64,000 nt of DNA. Origin: Acidobacteriota bacterium (GTDB lineage: Bacteria > Acidobacteriota > Polarisedimenticolia > J045). Location: assembly GCA_003696075.1 (NCBI GenBank), contig RFHH01000119.1, forward strand, positions 10,873 through 74,872, given 5' to 3'. Under the pieces are notes generated by a model, which ran no database searches, was not told where the DNA came from, and saw only the letters and a list, made by a program, of their open reading frames with translations. Below are positions 44,601 through 51,958 of the stretch, piece after piece (position 1 is the first letter of the stretch; the number at the start of each line of letters is the position of its first letter). Made by a program: the position numbers and the translations under genes.

Positions 44601-45116
44601 GCCGCGGACGACGGGGTGAGCGGGGCCGAGCCGTGGTCGACCGACGGGACGAATGCCGGAACGGAGCTGGTGCAGGACATCGCACCCGGCCCGGCCGGAT
44701 CGGCGCCGGCTCGTTTCCTGGCGGGCCGGACGCGCGTCTTCTTCTCGGCGGACGACGGCACGCACGGCCGGGAACTGTGGGCGATCGACCTGTGTTCCTA
44801 CCCGTCGTCGGGGGATTGCGACGGCGACGGCGTGCCGAACCAGGCGGACAACTGCCCGAGGACCCCGAACGCGGACCAGCTGGATTTCGACGCCGATGGG
44901 GCCGGCGACGCCTGCGAGTCGGGCGCCTCCGCAGCGGACGCCGACCGATCGGGTCGCGTCGACGGGTACGACCTCGCCGCCCTCGGGAGGGCGTTCGGCG
45001 CCGCCGCGGGAGATCCCCGTTACGATCCGACGGTCGATCTCGACCGGAACGGATTCGTGGACGGAGAGGATCTCGCCCTTTTCGCCCCCGAGTTCGGCGC
45101 GGAGGTGGAGCCATGA
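41679..45116 (+). CDS. ELWxxDGT-repeat surface protein with C-terminal thrombospondin type-3 repeats and type-I dockerin
   Basis: GGAAGG Shine-Dalgarno sequence. Signal-like N-terminus. About 19 tandem ~50-55 aa repeats (G[RQ]ELW[RV]TDGT..GT.LV.DI.PG…S.P). The C-terminus has DCDGDGVPNQADNCPRTPNADQLDFDADGAGDAC, then DADRSGRVDGYDLAAL… and DLDRNGFVDGEDLALF (two Ca-binding dockerin segments). Confidence 0.85.
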   Translation: MTLKLPTLPRQLLPAALASLIVVPPAAGGPPAALVRDLRSPETAGSGVSSFPHDLVRFGSIVLFAAEDPAHGSELWRTDGTPGGTELVLDIQAGAGSGSPTNLTVAGGAVYFTADDGVHGRELWVSDGTAAGTRMVADIAPGLAGSRPEALFSDGTRLFFAADDGLHGQELFVTDGTAGGTVLLADIAAGTETSFPRPLGAAGGLLYFAATERSAAGVSPAGTGRELWVTDGTPEGTRLVKDIDPGEASSSPAGFALAGGLVLFSADDGTHGREPWVTDGTEAGTHLLLDVNPPQEGDEARGSDPREFFPFAGIVLFSAFRDEDGRELWRTDGTAAGTFPVADIAPGTDSSSPFGFTAAGGFVYFSAADPNHGRELWRTDGTPGGTALVADVGRGAGAAPGAADPLDGDPGQLTPLGDGILFAATDEAHGREPWFADGAGAVLLADVRPGAAGSDPVVLAAAGSAVYFAAGEGGDGRTLWRSDGTPAGTGPVPTPFPPPLGPDTAVALGELLIFVADDGVSGREPWVFDPAAPQSERLADIAGEDGSLPIPLLFTEVVRTGETEPVEQLFFSADDGLHGRELWATFGTPSGTSLFADIDPGAPPSTPADLTLFTADGGDRIVLRAHSEALGEEPYAVVLATQVLVPLGDLRPISGLGSKPREFTPSGGSIFFSADDGIHGRELWRSDGTADGTALVADIGRDGTGSDPDPHGSDPADLTSAAGLLFFAAEDPGAGRELWITDGTEAGTRRVKDIEPGPGSSSPHDLTALGNLVLFAASTTDAGEELWASDGTEAGTARLADIAPGAAGSSPRILLTAGNHAYFSADDGTHGRELYVTDGTSTGTVFLGDLEPGTGGSDPAGLFDLSRDGTERVLFTAWTSAEGRELWATDGTPAGTSLLADIAAGPASSDPAGMTLLDASALFSADDGLHGREPWVTDGTAAGTSLVADISPGAASSMAAGAASFAAAGGRAFFAADDGVSGAEPWSTDGTNAGTELVQDIAPGPAGSAPARFLAGRTRVFFSADDGTHGRELWAIDLCSYPSSGDCDGDGVPNQADNCPRTPNADQLDFDADGAGDACESGASAADADRSGRVDGYDLAALGRAFGAAAGDPRYDPTVDLDRNGFVDGEDLALFAPEFGAEVEP
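41880..44790 (+). repeat. Intragenic tandem coding repeats (~150-165 bp units, ELWxxDGT)
   Basis: Recurrent cacggccgcgagctgtgg…gacggcac blocks at roughly 150-165 bp periodicity inside CDS 41679..45116. Confidence 0.8.
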
Positions 45117-45754
45117 CAACGCGGAACGGCGGCGAGTTCGCCCGGGTGCGGCTCGCCCGCCCGCTGCTGGCGGCGGTGGCGGCCGTCATGGTGGGGACCG
45201 GTCTCCTCGCGACGGGGTGCCACGAAGCCCCGCCGGATATCCTCTTCGAATCCCCGCTCACCACCTTCTTCACGGAAAGCTCCACTCCGGATGCCCCGGA
45301 TCTCGTCCGGCTGCGCGGGGAGGTCATCGACAACCAGACCGTTCTGGTTGAAGTCGTCGTCACCGGTCCGACCACCAGCTCCGACATCTACTCGTTCGCT
45401 TTCGACCTGCTGTTCAGCGGCGATCTCACCCCGCAGTACGTGTCCGGATCGGCCGAGGCGGGTGATTTCCTCACGGCCGGACCGGGCCAGGACGTCGTCG
45501 CCCAGGTGAGTCAATCGGGGGCGCGCCTGACCGTCGGGGTGACGAAGACGGGCGGTGGTCCGGGCAACGGCCTGGGGGCGGGACAGGCCACGGTGGTGAG
45601 CTTCCGCGTCACCCTCCCGGAAGCGGGCCGGGCGGCGATCCGCTTCGCGGCCGATCCCCAGGGACGCGCTCCCGCCGCCCTCGATCCCTCGGGAAATCCG
45701 GTGCCGTCGATCGTGTTCGACGGCGAACCGGCGGTCATCGCGCGGCAGGCGTGA
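45113..45754 (+). CDS. Cohesin-like domain lipoprotein
   Basis: ATG overlaps the upstream stop (ATGA). Lipobox LLATGC. IYSFAFDLLFSGDL…AEAGDFL and LTVGVT… resemble the cohesin beta-sandwich core. Confidence 0.55.
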   Translation: MTTRNGGEFARVRLARPLLAAVAAVMVGTGLLATGCHEAPPDILFESPLTTFFTESSTPDAPDLVRLRGEVIDNQTVLVEVVVTGPTTSSDIYSFAFDLLFSGDLTPQYVSGSAEAGDFLTAGPGQDVVAQVSQSGARLTVGVTKTGGGPGNGLGAGQATVVSFRVTLPEAGRAAIRFAADPQGRAPAALDPSGNPVPSIVFDGEPAVIARQA

Positions 45755-46635
45755 GGGCTCACGGGACGCCGCGCGGGTTCGGACCGGCCGCCGGGGCGGT
45801 GCTCGCGATCGTCCTGGTCTCGGTGGGATGCGCGACCACGGGGCCTCCCGGCGTTCCTCCCGGCGCTCGCCCGCTCTCCCCCCCGCCCCGCGAGCCGGCC
45901 GGCGAGGGCGGCTCACGCGTGGGCGGCCCGCCGGGGGAGGTGCCGCGTCCCGCGGGACGCGGTTCGGAGGCGCCCGCGCCGCCGGAGGCCGGGGAACCCG
46001 CCCGGACGAACGAGGGATCCGGAAAAGACTCCGCCCCCGGCGGACCCGGCCGAGCCGGCTTCGTCGCGGCCGTCCCCCCGGACTCCCCCGCGGAGGTTCC
46101 CGCGGCGGGCGAAGCGGCGGAGCCGCTCGCCCCGAGCCGCGAGCCACCGGAGCGGGAGCCGCCGGAACACGCTCGCGAGCCAGCGGCGCCGCAGGAGTCC
46201 CCGGGCCCGGAACCGGGTGCGGAGACGGCGATCCTCGTCGTCCCCGAGCCCGCGGAGGTTGCCCCCGGGGAAATCGTCACGCTGAGCGTGCGCCTCGCCG
46301 CGGCGGTCGAGGTGTCGAGCGTCCCCCTTCTCGTGCGGTTCGATCCCCGGATCGTGTCGTTTCTCGACGCGGCCGAGGGAGATTTCCTCCGCCGGGACGG
46401 CGCCCCCACCGCGTTTCTGGCGTCGCTCGACTCGTCCGGCCGCGCGGTGGTGGTGGGAAACTCGCGACTCGGCCGCCGGCCGGGGCTGTCGGGAGACGGA
46501 GAGGTCTGCCGGCTCCGTTTCCGCGCGCTGGCCTCCGGTGATCCGGCGTTCTCCGTCCCCCGGGCGAACGTGAGGGCCGCGGGCGGCGCCGTCGTGGCGG
46601 CCGAGCTCACCGTCCTGCCCGCACGGGTGCGCTGA
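45751..46635 (+). CDS. Cohesin-like domain lipoprotein (second copy, Pro/Glu-rich linker)
   Basis: GTG overlaps the upstream stop (GTGA). Signal and lipobox (LVSVGC). A long PE-rich low-complexity linker. The C-terminal domain GEIVTLSVRLAAAVEVSSVPLLVRFDPRIVSFLDAAEGDFL matches the cohesin pattern (…YDP..LE.V….GDFL). Confidence 0.6.
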   Translation: MRAHGTPRGFGPAAGAVLAIVLVSVGCATTGPPGVPPGARPLSPPPREPAGEGGSRVGGPPGEVPRPAGRGSEAPAPPEAGEPARTNEGSGKDSAPGGPGRAGFVAAVPPDSPAEVPAAGEAAEPLAPSREPPEREPPEHAREPAAPQESPGPEPGAETAILVVPEPAEVAPGEIVTLSVRLAAAVEVSSVPLLVRFDPRIVSFLDAAEGDFLRRDGAPTAFLASLDSSGRAVVVGNSRLGRRPGLSGDGEVCRLRFRALASGDPAFSVPRANVRAAGGAVVAAELTVLPARVR

Positions 46636-46687
46636 CCGCGGTATGATGCTTCCGGTCGCCCGGTGCTCCGGGCGAGGGGAGGTCTCC

Positions 46688-47440
46688 ATGATCGCCGTCG
46701 GCAGCGAAGCGCCAGCCTTCACCCTTCAGGACCAGTTCGGGCGCACCATCGATTCGAAGAAGATCCTGGAAACGCGGCACCTCATGCTCTTGTTCTACCC
46801 GCTCGACTTCACCCCCACGTGAAGCCGGGAGGTGCCGGCGGTCCAAGCGCGGCTCGCGCGCTTCGAGGCCGCCCACACCCAGGTTCTGGGTGTCAGCGTC
46901 GACAGCATCTACTGCCACGCCAACTGGGCACGGAGTCTCGGAGGCATTTCGTTCCCCCTGCTGGCCGATTTCCACCCGAAAGGCGACGTGGCGCGCCGTT
47001 TCGGGCTCTACCTCGAGGACAAGGGGATCACGGACCGGGCGACCGTGATCGTCTCGCGCGACGGCATCGTGCGGTTCGCGGAATCGGTGACGCCCGCGGG
47101 CGAACGCGACATCGACGCGCTCGTGGCCGAATGCGAGCGGATCGACCGCGAGCACCCGGGCGGGGAACCCCCGGCACGCCGCCGACTCCCCGACGGTTCG
47201 GTGCTCTTCGTGAAGACCGGCTGCCCCTTCTGCCGTTGGGTGCTCGCTGCGCGGGAGAACCTCGGGCTCACCGAGTCGCTGCCCGTGCGGAACGTCTCGG
47301 AGGACCCGCAGGCGCGCGCCGAGCTGGAGCGCATCGCCGGCCGGACCCAGGTGCCGTGCCTCGTGAGGGAGGGCGAGCCGATGCACGAGTCGGCCGAGAT
47401 CGCTCGCTTCCTCGCCGAACTCGCCGCACCCGTCCACTGA
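46688..47440 (+). CDS. Selenocysteine-containing peroxiredoxin (BCP/PrxQ-like) fused to glutaredoxin; in-frame TGA at 46820-46822
   Basis: GGGGAGG Shine-Dalgarno sequence, ATG 46688. The translation MIAVGSEAPAFTLQDQFGRTIDSKKILETRHLMLLFYPLDFTPT-[TGA]-SREVPAVQARL… aligns to the Prx motif FYPxDFTPxC, with TGA at the peroxidatic Cys. The downstream ORF is in the same frame and continues the Prx fold. The C-terminus carries a Grx domain with CPFC. Confidence 0.7.
46837..46873 (+). promoter_or_regulatory. Putative SECIS-like stem-loop 15 nt downstream of the in-frame UGA
   Basis: GGCGG-UCC-AAGCGCG-GCUCG-CGCGCUU-CGAGG-CCGCC forms a bipartite hairpin (5 bp + 7 bp stems, 5-nt apical loop). A smaller alternative hairpin, GCCGG-GAGGUG-CCGGC, lies at 46824-46839. 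Confidence 0.4.
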
Positions 47441-47510
47441 ACCGGAGCGGGCGGGCCGGAGCTCCGATCGGGCCGCGGCCGGCGCGGCGGCGAACCGTTG
47501 CGGAGGCGGT

Positions 47511-49949
47511 TCAGGAGAACTGGCGCAGCGTCTCGGCCATCTGCGACAGCCGCCGCGAGACCCGATCGCCCAGGCTTCCGGCCGGCCACGTGCCGTTCTC
47601 GTCCGGCGCACCGAACGGAATGCCGGCGAGCAGACCCATCAACTCCGCCACGCTGTCCACCGGGTGGATGCGGAATTTGCCCGCCGCGATGTCGTCGACC
47701 ACCTCGGGCGAAAGCTGGAGGTAGGCCACGCACGACGATGGGATGATCACGCCCGGCCGCCCCCGGAACCCCCGCTCGCGGCACGCCCGCCAGAAGCCCT
47801 CGATCTTCTCGTTGATACCGCCCACGGCGAGCACGTTCCCGTGCTGGTCCACCGCACCTGTGACCGCGAGGTCCTGCCGCAGCGGTTGATTCGAGAGGGC
47901 GGAGAGCAGCGCGGCGAGTTCGGCCGACGACGCCGAGTCTCCCTCCACGCCGCCATAGGACTGCTCGAAGCAGATGCTCGCGGTGACCGACAGCGGGAGG
48001 CGTCGCGCGAACTGGGAACGGAGATACCCCGCCAGGATCAGCGAAGCCTTGGTGTGGATCTCCCCCGACAGATCCGCTTCCCTTTCGACGTCGATCACCC
48101 CTTCGTCCCCAACGGCCACGGTGGCGGTGATGCGCACGGGGTAGCCCAGCCGTTCCAGTTTCGTCTGCACGACGGCGAGCGCGTTCACCTGGCCCACCGC
48201 CGTGCCCTCGAGATCCAGCTTGAGCACCCCTTCCCGGATCGCGTCCTGAATGCGTCCCGACAGGAGGCCCTGCCGCTCGCGCCGGGCTCGCAGCGCCCGC
48301 TCGACATCCTGCATCTCCACCCGGCCGACCCCCCGCTCCCGCGCGAACCAGGTGGCCTCCCGCGCCAGGTCCAACATCTCGCGGAAGCGCGTCGACAACC
48401 GGTGGCGGCTGTCGGCCAGCCTGACCATGTACTCCATGATCCGTGCGACACCGTCCCGGGAGATCGGCAGGAGGTCCTCCTCCTTCACGACGCGCGCGAG
48501 GAAGCACGCGTAGGAGTAGACCATCTCGGCGGTCAGCGGGACCCGGTCGTCGAACAGCGCGGTCACCTTGAACAGCTTGGAGAACTCCTCGTCGCCGCTA
48601 TGGAGCAGATCGTGAGTGCCGACCGTTCCGACGAGGACCACGGTGACATCGATCGGGATCGGCTCGGGAAGGAGCACCGGCGGCCCCTCGGAGGCGTTGC
48701 CGCTGACCGGGGTGACGCTGTTGGTGAGCATGGACCTCCGGAGCGCCGGCCACGCCCCCTCTTCCGACAGCAGCTCCCTCGCGTTCAGGACGAGATAGCC
48801 GCCGTCGGCGCGGTGCAGGGCCCCGGGACGGATGCTCGACAGGCCCGCCTGCAGGCCCCCTTCCGGCGTCCGCCGAGCTTCGACCACACCGCACAGGCGG
48901 GGCGCGGTGGGATCCACCTCCTCCACCAGGGGCCGTCCGTCCTCCTCGGCCCGGTCGACCAGAAGGTTCACGCGGAGCACGTCGAGCGGGCTGAATGGCG
49001 TGCCCTCGCCCGGTTGCGTGCGGACCGCCTCCCCCTGGGCGTAGAGAACCGGGAAGATCTCCAGAAGGTAGTTCTCGACGTCGGCGAGGAAGCGGTCCAG
49101 ACCCGGCCGCTCTCCCTCCTCCAGTCCCACCGCCTCTCGGATTCCGCCGACGATCTCCTTGATCGCCGGAACGGCCGCCTGCCGGTCGAACTCCGCCACC
49201 GCGCGTTCGAGCTCGCGGCCCAGCGCCTGGAGCTTCGCCGTTTCGCGCGAAAGGCGCGCGGCGAGCTCCGGATGCCTCCGGCGCAAGCGCTCCGCCTCCT
49301 CGGCGGGGATGACGCCCTCGTGGACCTTGCCGTCCAGCTCTCCCATGGAGACGGGTTCCCCCCCGACGACCGGGGCGAGCTCGTGCCGCCGGAAGTTGCC
49401 CAGATTCACCTCGACGAGGGCGAAGCCCTCCTTTTCGACCTCCGTCTGGAAGTCCTTGATGATCCGGCTCTGCTGCTGCTGGAACCGGCGGGCGATCATC
49501 TGCCGCCGCTTCCTGTGCGTCTGGGAGCCTCGAAGGGCGAGAAGGCCGTGCTGGAAGCGCTCGATCGCGGCGTCGAGCGCCGCTCTCAATCTCCGGCCCG
49601 CCCCGGCGGGGAGCCGGAGCGCGCGCGGCGATCTCGGATCGGCGAAGTTGTGCACGTAGCACAGGTCGTCCGGGACGGGCCCCTTCTTCCGCACCTCCTG
49701 GAGGACGCGCCTGACCGTGGATGTCCGGCCGGTGCCCGGGAGCCCGGCTACGTAGACGTTGTAGCCGCGTGCCCTCAGACTGGCCGCCAATCGCACCGCG
49801 TCGACAGCCTTCGGCTGGTCGTAGGCGCTGGCGCAGTCGCCGAGCTCGGCCGTGGTCTCGAACGGCAGCCACTCCGCGGGACAGCGCCAGGCCACCTGGT
49901 CGGCCGTCAGGGAACGTTCGAGCGGTTCCGGTCCTCGGCTCACGGGCAA
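47511..49949 (-). CDS. LonC-like protease (AAA+-like domain with degenerate Walker A + S16 Lon proteolytic domain)
   Basis: 812 aa. GLPGTGRTS (Lys replaced by Arg in Walker A). The C-terminal Lon protease domain has a Ser-Lys dyad region (…EQSYGGVEGDSASSAELAALLSAL…). Confidence 0.8.
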   Translation of the reverse strand: MPVSRGPEPLERSLTADQVAWRCPAEWLPFETTAELGDCASAYDQPKAVDAVRLAASLRARGYNVYVAGLPGTGRTSTVRRVLQEVRKKGPVPDDLCYVHNFADPRSPRALRLPAGAGRRLRAALDAAIERFQHGLLALRGSQTHRKRRQMIARRFQQQQSRIIKDFQTEVEKEGFALVEVNLGNFRRHELAPVVGGEPVSMGELDGKVHEGVIPAEEAERLRRRHPELAARLSRETAKLQALGRELERAVAEFDRQAAVPAIKEIVGGIREAVGLEEGERPGLDRFLADVENYLLEIFPVLYAQGEAVRTQPGEGTPFSPLDVLRVNLLVDRAEEDGRPLVEEVDPTAPRLCGVVEARRTPEGGLQAGLSSIRPGALHRADGGYLVLNARELLSEEGAWPALRRSMLTNSVTPVSGNASEGPPVLLPEPIPIDVTVVLVGTVGTHDLLHSGDEEFSKLFKVTALFDDRVPLTAEMVYSYACFLARVVKEEDLLPISRDGVARIMEYMVRLADSRHRLSTRFREMLDLAREATWFARERGVGRVEMQDVERALRARRERQGLLSGRIQDAIREGVLKLDLEGTAVGQVNALAVVQTKLERLGYPVRITATVAVGDEGVIDVEREADLSGEIHTKASLILAGYLRSQFARRLPLSVTASICFEQSYGGVEGDSASSAELAALLSALSNQPLRQDLAVTGAVDQHGNVLAVGGINEKIEGFWRACRERGFRGRPGVIIPSSCVAYLQLSPEVVDDIAAGKFRIHPVDSVAELMGLLAGIPFGAPDENGTWPAGSLGDRVSRRLSQMAETLRQFS

Positions 49950-50102
49950 CCTCCCGGCGGGGGCAGGCCCCGCCCCTCCTCCCGCGACAGTCTACGACGG
50001 TGGGGCGGGAGCGTCGTGCTGCCGGTCCCCGGGGCGCGGCGCGGCCGCGCTGGTGGCACTATTGATATCCCCACCGGCTCCACCCGGCGGGAGGTAGGCA
50101 CC

Positions 50103-51377
50103 GTGGGCGGACTGCTCGAAACGTTCCATCCGGTCGACCTCGAGCTGTTCAAGGCGTTCGCCGAGGCGCTGGCGATCGGCCTGCTCGTCGGAGTGGAGCG
50201 CTACAAGGACCGGGAGCCGGACGAACGGGCGGCGGCCGGCATTCGCACCTTCGCCATCATCTCGCTCCTGGGGGCGATCTGCGGCCTGGTGGGCGAGGTC
50301 GGCTTCACGCTCGCCACATTCGGGGCGCTCGCGGTTCTCGTGGCGATCGGCTACCACCGCGAATCGCCGGAGAGCATCGGACTCACGACCGAGATCACCG
50401 CGCTGGTGACGTTCTGGCTCGGCTACATCGTCCGCGATCACGAGCGGCTCGCCATCGCTTCCACGATCGTGCTCGTCATCCTTCTCGCGTCGAAGCGAAC
50501 GCTTCACGACTTCGTCAAGGGAAAGGTCAGCGACGCCGAGTTCTACGACACGCTCAAGTTCCTCGCGGTGGTCTTCGTGGTCCTGCCTCTGCTGCCGAAC
50601 CGGCCACTGGGCCCGCTGGGCTTCTTCAATCCGGCGAAGATCTGGATGCTGGTCATCATCGTTTCCACGATCAGCTACTCCGGTTACGTGCTGATGCGCG
50701 TGATGGGACGCGACCGCGGTCTCGCTGCCAGCGCTCTCGTCGGGGGGCTGGTGTCGACCACCGCCGTGACGCTCTCCCTCGCCGACCGGGCCAACCGGAC
50801 GCCTGCTCTCACCCGAGCCTGCGGCGTTTCGGGTGTCCTCGCCAACGCGGTGCAGTTTCCCCGGCTCCTGTTCCTGGTGTGGATCGTGGAGCCGCGCCTC
50901 GGCCGTCTTCTCGCGCTTCCTCTGCTCGGGGGATTCGCCGCGGGGCTCGCCGGGGCATGGGTGCTCGGCACCCTCCGGCGGCGGGAGGACGACCCGGAAC
51001 TCGAGGTCGCGCTTCCCAATCCGTACTCGCTGGCGGCGGCGCTCCGCTTCGCAGCGATGTTCGTGGTCGTCCTCTTCGCCGCCCGCGCGGCCACCATCTC
51101 CCTGGGCGACCGCGGGCTGTATCTGGCGAGCGCGGTGGCCGGGCTGGTGGATGCCAGCGCGATTTCGCTCACGGCGGCGGACATGGCCGCGCGGACCCAG
51201 CTCGCCCCCGGGGCGGCTGCGATCGCGGTGGTGATCGCCATCGCGACCAATGCCCTTCTGAAATGGATCCTGGCCCTGGCCAACGGTACGCGGGAGCTGG
51301 CCTTCTGGCTGGGAGGCGGCTTCGTCACGATGGTGGGCACCGCGGCGCTCCTGCTCGGAGTGGCGCTCCTCGTGTGA
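50103..51377 (+). CDS. MgtC/SapB family membrane protein with DUF4010 C-terminal domain
   Basis: GGGAGG Shine-Dalgarno sequence 9 nt upstream of GTG. The N-terminal MgtC-like TM bundle (LAIGLLVGVERYKDREPDERAAAGIRTFAII) is followed by a repeated TM region. Confidence 0.75.
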   Translation: MGGLLETFHPVDLELFKAFAEALAIGLLVGVERYKDREPDERAAAGIRTFAIISLLGAICGLVGEVGFTLATFGALAVLVAIGYHRESPESIGLTTEITALVTFWLGYIVRDHERLAIASTIVLVILLASKRTLHDFVKGKVSDAEFYDTLKFLAVVFVVLPLLPNRPLGPLGFFNPAKIWMLVIIVSTISYSGYVLMRVMGRDRGLAASALVGGLVSTTAVTLSLADRANRTPALTRACGVSGVLANAVQFPRLLFLVWIVEPRLGRLLALPLLGGFAAGLAGAWVLGTLRRREDDPELEVALPNPYSLAAALRFAAMFVVVLFAARAATISLGDRGLYLASAVAGLVDASAISLTAADMAARTQLAPGAAAIAVVIAIATNALLKWILALANGTRELAFWLGGGFVTMVGTAALLLGVALLV

Positions 51378-51463
51378 GCCGCGGCGGGAAGTCGGTTGCG
51401 CCCGGGCGTCTACCTCGCCTAAAAAAGGCCCCGGGTGCGGGGAGTGCCGGAGGGGAGGTCAAG

Positions 51464-51955
51464 ATGAGCCTGTGGAGACGCTGTGCGGCCTTGTCGGCTG
51501 TGGCGCTGCTGCTCGCCGCCGCCGGGTGCCTCGGCCGCGGGAACGAGGCGGAGGACCAGAAGGCGCTCCTGGACAACGTCAAGGCCTGGGAGGAGGCGAG
51601 CAACGCCGGCGATGTCGACCGCCTGCTCGGCCTGCTCACGCCGCATGCCCGCGTCCTTCCCCCCAACCACGCATCCGTCGAAGGGGATGAAGCGCTGCGC
51701 GCTTTCTTCCAGGAGATGGCGGATGCGGGCGTGACGCTGGAACTCCAGAACGAGGATGTGGCGGGGGACCGCAACCTCGCCTACACGGCGGGCCGCTACG
51801 CGGTGAAGGGACCGGACGGCACCGAGATCGACCACGGGAAGTACCTCGAGGTCTGGCGCCGGATCGAGGGTGCCTGGAAGCTCCACCGCCTGATGTGGAA
51901 CAGCAGTGTGGAGGTGCCGGAGCCGGCGGCCGCCGGGGAGGAGGGCGGCGCCTGA
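51464..51955 (+). CDS. SnoaL-like/DUF4440 (NTF2-fold) lipoprotein
   Basis: GGAGG Shine-Dalgarno sequence. Lipobox LLLAAAGC. NTF2-like pattern (…WEEASNAGDVDRLLGLLT…GAWKLHRLMWN). Confidence 0.6.
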   Translation: MSLWRRCAALSAVALLLAAAGCLGRGNEAEDQKALLDNVKAWEEASNAGDVDRLLGLLTPHARVLPPNHASVEGDEALRAFFQEMADAGVTLELQNEDVAGDRNLAYTAGRYAVKGPDGTEIDHGKYLEVWRRIEGAWKLHRLMWNSSVEVPEPAAAGEEGGA

Positions 51956-51958
51956 GAT

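Noticed and set aside
41880-44790. Periodic nucleotide repeats, considered as a possible CRISPR or VNTR array.
   Set aside because: The periodicity is 150-165 bp, in-frame and coding (ELWxxDGT protein repeats). No short spacer and repeat architecture is present.
47441-47510. Long-range inverted repeat (ctgaaccgg … ccggttcag) between the convergent Prx-Grx and LonC-like genes.
   Set aside because: It is plausibly just a bidirectional transcription-terminator structure. There is no further evidence of function.
51421-51445. The A6 tract plus CCCCG-GGTG-CGGGG hairpin (the only A-rich spot in the region) read as an intrinsic terminator.
   Set aside because: On the plus strand the hairpin is not followed by a U-tract. 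The terminator-like orientation (hairpin then T6) is on the minus strand, where no gene ends. The GGAGG that follows is simply the Shine-Dalgarno sequence of the next plus-strand gene.
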